A DNA stretch of 64,000 nt from Basidiobolus meristosporus CBS 931.73 (taxonomy: Eukaryota; Fungi; Basidiobolomycota): assembly GCA_002104905.1 (NCBI GenBank), contig MCFE01000106.1:62001-126000 (forward strand), read 5' to 3'. Position 1 is the first letter of the stretch. Every line of letters starts with the position of its first letter. Made by a program: the position numbers and the translations under genes. The notes under the pieces are model-generated. The model saw only the letters and a list, made by a program, of their open reading frames with translations. It searched no databases and was not told where the DNA came from. This document shows, piece by piece, positions 45,483-56,742 of the stretch.

Positions 45483-46988
45483 GTGATGTTATTGCCATGC
45501 GAAGTGCGGTTGCCTTTGAACTTTCTTACTAGCACACAAACCGCACTTACCATGTTTCCTTTAGCTGTGTCAGCAGCCCCTTTTTCCAAACGCCCTAACC
45601 AGGCATTTGATGGCTTAAACAACATAATAAAATACCACACGGACGAGCAAACCCCTGGAAACCCCAAGTCTCTGGGAATGGCAAGATTTCAAAATCTTGC
45701 TTCCCAGCTGGAGGAAAAGCGAGAAACAGTTGGATTGATACATGGCCTGGATGTTTTCACTCAAGACCTTGACCGGGAAATAGTGGATGTAAGAAAAGCC
45801 CTTTTATACCTCAAAAGGTTAACGCTGACAGATTTTTCCGAAGAACTATGTAAGTATTCAGAGCAAGTCTACCCGGCTTTTGGAAAGCATGCAGCTTCTA
45901 CGTATAGATACGCACCTTTTGAATCTTCTGTTGCCATGGTTAGGGCTCCGTTGGAGAACACCTCCACAATGGGAGTGGTTCTAACCGAAATCTCTAAAGA
46001 AAGAACCTCGTGGCAATACATTCAAGGCGCCGACTATATATCCAGGCTGTCAAACGAGGTATTGGCTAGAAAGCGACAGTTGGAGGAATCGCTCTACAAA
46101 CTTGATCAGCTTTCGCTGAAAAACTGGAATACTAGTAACACCACGATCCAATACGTAGGCCGAAAAGTCATTCAACTATTTCGAAACCATCAGGGACTAC
46201 TTCAAGATTTGGGGAATGCAGTACGTAAAGTAGAGGAGACTTACTCTGTCCGGTTTCATCCATACGTCATATTACACGTATTAACATCTGCCATCCAGTA
46301 CCGCCAACGACAGCTTTCAAGCTTTCTCCTAGATACAACCTACAACCGCATCGAGAAAATGGCTTCCGATATTCAAGAAGCAGTTCAAGCTTCGATATCT
46401 CTGGCATGCCAGATGGTTCAACGGTTCGACAAGCTTATGGATTGGCGAAACAAATTGTTGGAACTTTTTCTTAATAAGAAAAAGCAAATCTGCAAAGTAC
46501 GAGCCAGCAGATATATGTTCGATAAAGATCACTCTTTGCAAGAAAACGGACCGCCCCGTGAGTCATTGAAGGGGTTGGGGTCACTGACATTAGAAACTGG
46601 CCAAAAAGCACAACAGTTTCTAACCCGCATCCGTAGTCTATTACAGCAAGTCGATGAGCAGCTGGTGGACAGCAGCAAGACCGATCAACATGACTTCCTC
46701 ATTCAACTGATTGTGGCTTCATTTGATGAGGCAGCAGTCACGGATATAGCGCAGCCATCTTCTGAGCATAGTCTTGTTCCATCTGCAGCCTTGAATGATC
46801 AATTAGAGCTCAATTCAGATGAATTTTCCTCTCGTACCCATGCTTTTGAAGCCGAGCACCAATTGGAACTGGAGCATCTTCTCTTTAAAATACAGGTGCT
46901 ACATGTTCAAGGGGAGGTGCTAGCCACTGTAAACGAAGTATTTTCCAGCTGGCTGCAGCCATTTAGCCAGTGTGCAGAGAGTTCTTAG
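45483..46988 (+). CDS. Hypothetical helical/coiled-coil protein (up to 501 aa; first ATG uncertain)
   Basis: A 1.5-kb uninterrupted ORF in CpG-normal DNA with heptad-like segments; I recognise no family. Confidence 0.75.
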   Translation: MMLLPCEVRLPLNFLTSTQTALTMFPLAVSAAPFSKRPNQAFDGLNNIIKYHTDEQTPGNPKSLGMARFQNLASQLEEKRETVGLIHGLDVFTQDLDREIVDVRKALLYLKRLTLTDFSEELCKYSEQVYPAFGKHAASTYRYAPFESSVAMVRAPLENTSTMGVVLTEISKERTSWQYIQGADYISRLSNEVLARKRQLEESLYKLDQLSLKNWNTSNTTIQYVGRKVIQLFRNHQGLLQDLGNAVRKVEETYSVRFHPYVILHVLTSAIQYRQRQLSSFLLDTTYNRIEKMASDIQEAVQASISLACQMVQRFDKLMDWRNKLLELFLNKKKQICKVRASRYMFDKDHSLQENGPPRESLKGLGSLTLETGQKAQQFLTRIRSLLQQVDEQLVDSSKTDQHDFLIQLIVASFDEAAVTDIAQPSSEHSLVPSAALNDQLELNSDEFSSRTHAFEAEHQLELEHLLFKIQVLHVQGEVLATVNEVFSSWLQPFSQCAESS

Positions 46989-47866
46989 ATTAATATGTTG
47001 AAAAAAGCCGTTCGCCCCCAAAAGGGTTCTCGGGCGTTCATTATGCTGGACTGTTGAGAACCAGGGCCCCAACTAAATATACATTGAATTTCACTTTTCC
47101 TGAGTTTGAGAGAAGCTATTACCCGCGTACCCAACGGTCGCAAGGACTCTCAATCAACATGTATCTTGTACATTCAATGTAGTAGTCTAGGTTTAGTGCC
47201 TTTAAGCCAAACTAAAATATCAAGTTGGTGTAAGTAACTATATAGCCTTGGTTGGCATGTGGGGTGACATTACGATCATAGGTGTGGAAATATGTAGGTA
47301 AGTTAGCATAGTGTGTATGGCTGGCACGAACAAGCATACACAATGACAACCTGTTCAATCAGAAGTCTACCAAATGTAGCTCCACTGTATTGCTATACAA
47401 AAACAATGCCACATTCAAATTTGTGGCCAATATACTAGCACACATGCAGTGAAGCGAAGTGCCTTCATTAGTAAGTGCTTCAACATCTGTGTTGCAATTC
47501 TCGCAAATATGTTGTTTATGTTCTACATGTCTTATGCCAAGTTTGGTGATGGTTTTGGAGTGTATGTAGCTGCAACAGTTGTACTTGTGTCACAGGAATG
47601 CCGGAAATCGCCATCTCCGGGCCCACGGTTTAACTTCCATGCTACCATGCAAGCATATTGGATTGCTGTACTCATACAAATCTTTTTTACCACCTGTGGC
47701 TTGGTTGGGCGTGTATCCCAAAACACTTACTTACCATCCATATTCTGCAAGAGCATTTGCAGTATGCTGTACTACATGATCTTGAATGGATTCCTGAAGT
47801 GATGCATTGGATATCAGTTTATTGAATCAATGCATTGAGTTTACTGGAGTGGTGACCAGAAGGTAG

Positions 47867-48304
47867 CTATCCTGAGACATTTGTGGGCGATACATTGCCA
47901 AGAACATCCAGAATCTTGACTGGAGACATCGCATAGACCGTGCAATTAGCAGGCTCATAGAGAGCAAAGTAAGTGGGCAGGTCAGCGACCTGTGGGGAAA
48001 CATTAATGATCACTCCCACGCGAGTTTGAAGCACCTGCTGTTTCTGAAACTGAGATGGACTTAAACTTTCCAAATCTTTGATAAAACCCAGTTCTGGAGT
48101 GTACAACCCCAATATTAAGCGCGACTGGTGAGCTATGGTCTCGTCGATTAGCGAAATCCCAAGCCAGTTGGTGATGGAGGAGTGGACCTGCCCAGGAGCC
48201 TGTATCGATGCTGCAGCTATATGTAGTCGTGGGCAATTGCAGGCCGCGCAGGCCAAGTGCGTCAAGCCTAATAGCACTATAAGGTGAAGTAGATGATATA
48301 GCAT
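47867..48304 (-). CDS. Small secreted protein (145 aa)
   Basis: Hydrophobic N-terminus MLYHLLHLIVLLGLTHLACA, consistent with a signal peptide, followed by a beta-rich segment. Confidence 0.6.
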   Translation of the reverse strand: MLYHLLHLIVLLGLTHLACAACNCPRLHIAAASIQAPGQVHSSITNWLGISLIDETIAHQSRLILGLYTPELGFIKDLESLSPSQFQKQQVLQTRVGVIINVSPQVADLPTYFALYEPANCTVYAMSPVKILDVLGNVSPTNVSG

Positions 48305-48867
48305 TGTTGGGCTGTTCGTTGGTATCTTTGCGGCAGGTTAGAAGGATGTGCCCATTTTATAAAGGAGTCGTCTTGACTTGGGCTGTATTGGCCTGCTTAA
48401 TCAGACTCGATCATATTTGAGTCATGTGGATCTTTATGCTGTATATTTCCTGCCAGTGATATGGTTCTGTGGAGAGTCATTCCATTCGAGTGCATGATTC
48501 TGGTAATAGTCCTCACTCATCAGCACCACGAAATTATCGTAGTGTCTTGCTTTAGAAGCCCTGCGCACCTCTTGACCATCAATAACACCGGAAGTGACTC
48601 AAACTGATTGAACTGACCAACTCTTGGAACTTGGCATCCGCCCTTTCACAACCATCTTAATTTTGATCAAAACCCATTATAAAAGACTTCGAAACAACCA
48701 GCTACCAAGATCCAAGCGAGCAAATTATACACAGAGCCGCGCACTAATTAATCATAAAACTTTTCCTTACAGTGATGATCCATATCTTCTAGGTCGCAAT
48801 GATGGAATCACGTGCGCGGGGAACGCCCATCTTTTTGTTTGCTGTGTTGTTCGGCCTACTCTGAATC

Positions 48868-50018
48868 ATGGAAGAGACGGACCAGATTTTCGACGATGCT
48901 ATCGAGTTTATCCAACTAGAGACGCGAATCCATAGACCTTCCTCTGTTGTCCAAGCTTCCCCTTCCGTCATTTTCCCAAGTGCGATAGGAACTCAACGCC
49001 CAAAGCCCCTTCAAAGTACCCTTCGTCATATATACTGTGTCTGGAGTCCATTGCTTATACTTTCCCTCTCCTTGCTGTGCTTCATAGCAACAAAGATACC
49101 GACAGGCCCGGATCCGAAATTACACGCCTATGTATTAAATCTCCAGAAAGAAAACTCTAAATCGGGTTCTAGTAAGTCTCTACCATCAGCTCTCACCAAA
49201 CATACCAGTTCTAAGACCCTCTTCAGAGAATAGAGGCCAAAAATCGAGAGTTTATGAGGTATTGCTTCATTTATTCGAAACCACCGGTCGGCGTGTTGCT
49301 TCTTATGAGCAAAGCACACCGGTGAATGTACTTGGCTTATACTAAGCCTCAATGATACCAATATACTTAATTATCAATGCCTTCGTTTCGAAGCCACGGG
49401 TAAAGCCTGAAAGGGCTCTTGAATCAGAGAACGTGCTAGATAGAAAATCCCAAGAACTACTGGAACTCGGCTCACCCGTCGGCCAAACTGTGTTTGTGGG
49501 TAACTTGTCCAGCAGCGTATCCAACCGATTGGTTGAAGAGATCTTCAAGATATTCGATGAATGTGTCCAAGTAAAGATTGATATATGGAAGGCCAGCGGG
49601 TTGGCGGAGTACTCATCTGGATCTCCTCACTTCTATTGATACAGGTAGAGATCGTGTGTGATCCATCGACCAAAGTGTCTCGTGGCTATGGGTTTCTTGT
49701 GTTCTCCCGAAGAGATTTGGCGGAGAAAGCCATCGTTTAGTAAGGCGGTTGAATCCATTGGCAATGGCCGCTGGGACTAACCTCCATAGTATGCAAAATT
49801 TCCGTCTTCTAGGCAATCCTATGGTGCTGAGTTGGAGCACCACTTCAGAAGCCCCCGCCACACTCCCTGTCCTAAACAAGGTTCGCAGAAGGTAGTTTTC
49901 AAACATTCTCTCTACTCGAAGTTTGTTTTTATTAACGCATTTCCTATAAATCTAGACCCACACGGTGGCAAGTGCTGTGGGATCAAAAGACATGCAATCG
50001 AGAGCTACTTTTGAGTAG
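48868..50018 (+). CDS. Single-RRM RNA-binding protein, multi-exon (about 7 exons; 5' and 3' exons tentative)
   Basis: RNP2 VFVGNL. After removing GT-AG introns it reads ECVQ|VEIVCDPSTKVSRGYGFLVF (RNP1) and AEKAIVY|MQNFRLLGNPMVLSWS. Confidence 0.75.
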
Positions 50019-50758
50019 GTCAGTGGCATATCAACGTCCATCGTTCACTGACAGCGAAAGGGACCACTATGTAAGGGAGCACTCTAGTCAACGAAGACTT
50101 TTGGGGGTTTTGAAGTAACCTTTTATTTTGTCAGGTGAACCTTGTTTACCAGAAATTGAAGGCTCTAAGGGTTCCTTACTCGTAGTAACGAAACGTGACA
50201 AGGGGCCCCTCTTGCTGTGTCTATCGGTCTACTTGAATTCTATTCAAGGATAGACCAACCAACATCATGCTTATCATAGGCTGGGCTGTATCGAAAAATA
50301 CATTATGCCATAGAACGGCCAAAAGTATCAAGCATCATGTCTCAGTACCCGCTTTTACTCATCACAGTGAAGCCCATGCGCACATATCCTTCAAGCCGTT
50401 CTCTTGAATGACTAAGCCCACAGGTTCGTAATATTGGGATGCTGGCTATGAGAAAATAAATCTAGAATTTCGTCCTCCCGATCAAATCCTGGTGAAAGTA
50501 CATTAGATTGTCCTCAGGTACATTGCCAGGCAGGGCCCTGAAGTATCGTGTGAGCTTGGTTTATTGAGAGCGGGGTTTCCAGATGCTCACATCAGAAGGA
50601 AATATACATGATGTGAAGGAGGGGTTCCGTACAGTAGAACTGATGAATGGTTGAATTAGAGGGATAATACATTACGGACTGTGGCTGAGAACATGAGAAA
50701 AACGTTGTTACAAATACTGCTCTTGGGGAGTAAAGAGTCCCTTGATGAAGGTTGCCAA

Positions 50759-53247
50759 TCATTCACGATTGCTATCGAACAAGTATAAGAAGTCCTGCAT
50801 GGTAAGCTTGCCAATCTTCATCGATTGGATTTCACCAAGGGCACCCTTCGCCAGTTGCCGTTTCTTTTCCTGAAGGTTGATGATACGATCCTCGACTGTG
50901 CCCTCTATTGTAAGCCGCACAACATGGACAGGTAATTGCTGACCAATTCTATGAACGCGGTCGATAGCCTGCTCTTCGAGAGCAGGATTCCACCAAACAT
51001 CTAATAGGATGACCCGATTGGCACAAGTCAAGTTCAGTCCAAGCGAGCCGCACTTCAATGAAATGAGCAGAACTGTGGTTTCCGGGTCTGATTTCAGTTG
51101 CTCTAGACTCTGTTCGCGAAGTTTGTTCACCATGGAGCCGTCATAGCGGCAGAACTTGAAGCCGCCCTTCTTCAGTGGTTCCTCAACAAGGTCCAACATC
51201 GAAGTGAACTGAGAGAAGATGATGGTTTTGAAGGCAGGGTTTTCCGCTCGAGTTTTTTTCAAAATGTCCATCATTTTGCTGATCTTAGCCGATTCCATGA
51301 GATGCCCTTCATGGAGTGGTGCTTGGGAAGCAATGGCCGATACACAATCAGGGCATTGCAAATCGCTCGGGTTCTTTAAAACTTCAAAACAGGTCGAGCA
51401 TTTTTTGGTTGATTTTTCCAACGCCATGCCTCCAAGAAGGTCTGCCAAGTCATCAAGCTGCTGATCTTCAGAGTCCTGTTGGGGGACAGGATCCAAAGAG
51501 TCCAAGTCGACGCCGACAGATGAGCTCACGAGATTTGGGTGATTGCAAGCTTGACGAAGTCGTAGAAGCAAGCATAAGATGTTCGTGTACTGACGATTGG
51601 CGCCGCCTTGCTGAAGGATATCCTTGAAACGATCCTGCATTTTGTTCTCCAGCTTTTCATAGAAGAGTCGCTCTCTGGGACTGAAAGGAATGGTGCAAAT
51701 ATCAACTCTACGCTCGGGCAGGTTAAGCAGAGGTTTGCCTTCTATCATGGTGGTTTTGGTTCGGCGCAGCATAATCGCTTTGAGGATCACTTGTAGACGC
51801 TTGATAGCTGTCTGCTCTCTGCCTTGTTGAAGTGGACGCGTGATTTGGTCACAGAATGTGGGATAATGCAAATACGGTTTGACTTTCAAGAAATTCAGCA
51901 GGGAGTACAGCTCATCAACGTTGTTCTGGATTGGGGTACCCGTGAGGCACCAGCGTTTAACGCTGCTCAACGAGGAGCATCCCTGAGCCGACCTGGTGGA
52001 CTTGTTTTTGATGGTTTGGGCCTCATCCAGAACCACGCGGTACCATTTCATCTGGTAAAGGGGTCCCAATTTGGATTTTGCCTTGGGCACGTCGTCATCC
52101 TTCTTCTTGGATTCCTTGGTGTATTCTGACGCCACAACATTATACGTGGTGATCACAATGTCGTACTGCTTGAGCTTAAGAGGATCCTTCGTTCTGCTAG
52201 GGCCATGGTGAACATAGACAGAGAATGCTTGCTTCTCCACTTTTGTCTGAATCTCCTTCTCCCATTGCTTGATCAATGCAAGGGGGCCAACAATTAGAGT
52301 GGATTTGGTTTCGCTGGTAGGTGGCTTGTTTGTAAGTAGTAAGGAGATGGTCTGGACAGTTTTTCCCAAACCCATATCATCCGCTAATATCCCACCGTTG
52401 TGCTGGGAGTTTTCGCGGTCAACCATCCATGCAACGCCCTTGAACTGGTGATTCATAAGAGTTACCTTGAGCCCAGGTGGGTTTTCTATATCACACTTCA
52501 CGTCCACCTCCTCTGGGATGGTTTGGAAGAATTCCCGAATTTCATCCCGAGACTTCTTCATGCCGCCGTCCAAGGCACCTGCGGAATGATCGAAGCCGTA
52601 TTTCTTGCGCTCTAGTTCGTTGGCAATCTGATTCTTCTTCGTCTCAATGGGAGAGTACTCTCTGTACGGTCCGTGGTTGGCACTGTTCTTGATGTCACGG
52701 GCAGTAAATTTACGATTCCAAGTGGGGCTGTTGGGGGAGTGCAGTTCAATCAAGTTTCGGTTCTGCTGCAGATCCAACTGCTTGTTTTTGTTCAATTTCG
52801 AGGCAGGAAGTACCTCAGGTGGAGTACCTCCGTTGTTGATCATGGCCTGCTGTCTGAACTTCGATGGGAAGCGGGGATTTTCTATCGGATATGGAGGTGA
52901 ATAAAGCGTCGATAAAAGTTGTTTAGTTTATACGTACGATTATCGGGCGTAGTGTTCTTTTTATTCTGGGGAACTAGCTGGTGCGGTTTTGCACCAGGGA
53001 AGTTGTAGTTGTAGCGTGGCTTGGCTTTGTTGCTTCGATGCTTCTCGAGTAACGAAGGGGACCCGAAAGTGGGCATGTAAGCTTTCTGCTTCTCGCTAAC
53101 ACTTGGCTCTGGGTGACTGAGGTTTGAATGGCGGAACTTCTCGGCGTAGAAGGGCTTACGAGCCCCTTGGACAGGAGAGCTCTCGCCAGTTAAGTCAATA
53201 ACTCTTGTCTCTGGGCTCTTGACATTTGGGGTATTGTGGACACTCAT
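50759..53247 (-). CDS. SNF2-family ATPase, Rad5/Rad16-like group (Ris1/Uls1-Lodestar-like); 2 exons (53247-52938, 52881-50759), about 810 aa
   Basis: GGILADDMGLGKT, VVLDEAQ, TGTPIQN, FSQFTSML, SLKCGSLGLNL and QAIDRVHRIGQ. A 56-nt intron joins an N-terminal exon with a VIDLT SIM-like motif. Confidence 0.93.
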
Positions 53248-53647
53248 CGAAAACTGTAGGTGAAGAAAATACTACGGCACCTAGCTACCATGGGATTATA
53301 TTGCGGAAGGTTATTTTTGTACATTGGGACCTTCCAAGGGCTTCGGCCAATGAAATGCGCTCGCTCCTTTGAAAACAAAACAACTTAAACCTTGCAAATT
53401 ATCCAAATATATCCGTACCCTTGTTTTCCATGAAAGGTTGCATACAAAGAGTGATGATCAATTGATCATGCCCATCAGAAGGGTCCTGGTAGTCAATTTG
53501 TCTTTATTGATGAAGTGTCGCTCAGTTTAAGTCTAAGTTATTCCATGGAATAGATTCAGGGGTATTGATATAATAGTTAGAGATCCAAAAGATTGAACCG
53601 GATGTCAACAGAGCCAAGTGGATCTTTAAGCTTCTGGATTCACCAAG

Positions 53648-54965
53648 CTAAAGCCACATCCAGACACCGAATGTCGTGGCAAGAATGAGGCCAAGTGTTT
53701 TGTGACCGACTCTCTCGGCTCCAGATATTACTAAAAGCCATAGGTGAGTGTTTGTTTTGGATGCATATCCGAGCTGAGCTATACTTACAATCCAGGATCT
53801 TCTCCTGCTTAGCGGGCAGCGTGTACAGGAGTTCAAACACCTCCCCTTCGTATGTGCTCAGGTGACCAGGGAAGACAGGGGCATTCTTTCCGGCTTCAGT
53901 ATATATGAAAAGTCGGTACATGCCTTCCTTCGTGCCCTGAGGTACATTCCAAGAATACGCCCTAGTGGTGCTTGGAAGATTACTAGCTACTGGAATTACT
54001 GAATTATCAAGCAGATTCCTAGCTTCAATATTGATCGATTGGGGTGCCACGATTAGTCCAATGGGGCTCCAGGATAGGTTTATGGTACCTGGGATCTGAA
54101 TGGCTTGCCCCAGTGTGGGAATTTCGAATTTCAGCGTTGCAGGGGGATTAACAAAGTTGGCTTGTCCATTATAGTTGGTGCCGGGCGCATTACCCATGCC
54201 TGGGGGCGATTGTCCATCTATCGAAAGTCAGGCCACTTGTATGTCTTTACAACGTATCTAACCCAGTTACCTTGTGGCTCTGGTTCTTCTGGAACGGACT
54301 CAGTTTCATCCTCAGGAGGAAATGGCAGCGTTTCATCAGGCAGAAATTCCGGTACTTGTTGGCTATGCTCATCGATGGTTGGGTCCATGAATGTAGGTCC
54401 ACCTAAATATTTATGCAGCATTTTAATAACGCATGCTCCAAGAGAGTTGCATCAGGGCTGATCTTACTTGCAGGATTTTCAGCTGTACTCTGTACGGTCG
54501 AAGCTAATCAATGATCGTCAGGTCAATATCAGAATAGACAAAGATACTAGTTTTAAGACTGTTTACAAGCTTCATCCAATCCTCGGCCCGGTTCCTGGGT
54601 ATCTGTCGGAAGGACCGATTCCGGTGGGTTAGCGTCGCTTGGGGTGCCTATGTAACCTGATTAATGATCTTTATCAAATAATCCAGGCTGGTGCTTAATC
54701 ATACTCTGGATGCCTATATTCTCTTGGCCAAGGTCAATGGGTGGTGCTACATCTGTATGTAGAAGGTTAGTCTGCTTTTCTACACTCTAGTAATCCTATA
54801 CTAGTCATCACCTTGAGCTCCAGCAACCTCAGATTCTGGGGCGCCAGTTGGCGAGTTTGAGCTGTCATCGGCTAAATCTTGGCTTTGAGCCTGGGATAAT
54901 GTTGATACGATGACAGATGAGAGTAGCAGAGCTAGGCCGATATTGCGTTTGAAATAGACAATCAT
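53648..54965 (-). CDS. GPI-anchored cell-surface protein with an acidic/Pro-rich stalk and a Kre9/Knh1-N-like beta domain; multi-exon
   Basis: Spliced model: signal peptide MIVYFKRNIGLALLLSSVIVSTLSQA, acidic linker, beta domain (TINLSWSP, AYSWNVP, GMYRLFIY) and C-terminal SGAERVGHKTLGLILATTFGVWMWL (omega site plus hydrophobic tail). All joins use GT-AG in consistent phase. Confidence 0.75.
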
Positions 54966-55906
54966 AATAATTCGTTGTATTGGACCTTTGAAGCGCTTGC
55001 TGAAGATAAGGCCTTAGGGGCGATACTACTTTGGTATTCGAAAACGAAAATACTGTTACTTTCAAATGTGCTGATATTTATACGCTCCTCAGCGAAGGCT
55101 GAATGAGGAAGCATATGTTGTTTAGGTATGTTTTGGTTTTGTGGAGTGAATACACACAGCGTCAGATCCACATTATTCCACATTGGATGGTGTTTTTGGC
55201 TGAGATGTCAACTTTCCGAAAGCCCTGTGTTAGTCATAAGGAAGCCCTCTAGCATGCACTCATATGCGATCATAATTCCATTCATGCTATGAAGCATATA
55301 TAGTATGAAGTGTCGCCCCCCAGATTTGAATGGTTTCATATGTAAAACGAAAGGGCTATCGTGATTGTATTGGAGTGACCTGCGTTCGCTTATTCCCCTG
55401 CCCTACCTCTGCTCTTGTCGGCATGTTTGCTTCGAATAGATTGGTGCCCGTATGTTGGTCGTCACGAATTCGTTGGTTCTTGGCCTTGTGTGGGGGCTGT
55501 ATAAAGTCCATAATAGTAATAGCACTGTTCTCCTGAGCAAACATAAACGCTACCAAATTCAGAGCTCAGCCTTCTAGAGCATCAAAGCGCAAGCTTGATC
55601 GCTTTGTGGCGGTGAAGAATAAGTTGAGACCCTGCTTTGGTACTAGCCTCAATGAGACTGGAGCATGCCTGGGAACACATCAAGTTCCTCGCTAGAATTA
55701 CCCTTGATATTTATTTGTATTGTTCCGATAGAAATCAGTTTATCAATGTTGAATCTCTACCGTGGTGAATGATCATTATTTACTTTAGTGTGATGACAAG
55801 TGACTCTAAGACCACAATTGTAGCTACTCATTTATTGAGTATGAAGTCAAGCGTTAGCGTTCGACTCAAGCGGCGGTGATGAGGTGGAGGTCCTGATGCG
55901 AAAGTT

Positions 55907-56742
55907 TCAGAAACCAATGTTTTGGGTGGTGTTCCTTCTCAGAACATTACCTTTATGTGCGAAAGCCTCTTCTTCACTAGTATCGGAGTCAACAGGCTCG
56001 AATTCTGGATGGATGCTTTCAAGTGGTGGGGTCGTAATAGGAGGTAGCATACTTAGAGCAGCGCTAAACGGGCGTGGCTCATGGATGTTTAGTGGAAAGG
56101 TAGCAGAAGTAGGTGTCCGGAGGGTTCCAAAAAGGTTAGGATATATATAATTCAGATCTCTAGAAACTGGACTAGAGCCCATGTAGTGTGGGGTGCTCCT
56201 GTGTTTCTGTGCAAGGTTTTTGAGCGGCACCAGTTGAGGCTTGGAGCTAAGGCAGGCCACCGTGGGGGTCATGGAAACAAAAGACACGGGGCTACCCAAA
56301 TTAGAGGCATGAGTAGTCACGCAACCCTGTTGCAAGTGTGGACCCTCTGCCTTTACCCGCTTTCTACTCGGAGTTCTAGTTTAAGTCCATTGAATATCGA
56401 ACGTGGAGAAAAAAATATACAACAGACATACCTGTTGTCATTAGATAGATAATGATTGTGTGTCATGCACTTTCCGGCTCGAAACTCCCATAAATTCTTA
56501 TCTGTTAAGTAAAGAACCACCCGCCAGTCACAGTTACATCTCTCTGAAGTCCTATTACGCTTCCTAATGGCATTCTTTTTGGACTCTGGATGGCCCTCCC
56601 GGGAGCAAACAATGTATATTGTAGAGCTCTTCGAGGTCCTTCTTCGTACCCCAAATCCACACCTTTTCGCTAGTTGTTGGCACCATTCAAATGCCTCTTG
56701 TGCAGCATCAAATTGCATTGCGAAGATTTCGCGAAAGTCCAT
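55907..56742 (-). CDS. FAR1/WRKY-GCM1-type DNA-binding domain protein (putative transcription factor); 2 exons (56742-56432, 56375-55907), about 259 aa
   Basis: F...EAFEWCQQLAKRCGFGVR...CSREG...RTSERCNCDWRV...HNH, with a 56-nt intron and an S/P/T-rich tail. Confidence 0.82.

Noticed and set aside
47449-47802. 117-aa hydrophobic ORF as a membrane protein
   Set aside because: It starts at GTG, I recognise no family, and I found no convincing splice model. It may be UTR or intergenic.
51219-52904. Several plus-strand ORFs overlapping the SNF2 gene (and those over 42051-42378)
   Set aside because: Antisense shadows of well-supported genes with no motifs of their own.
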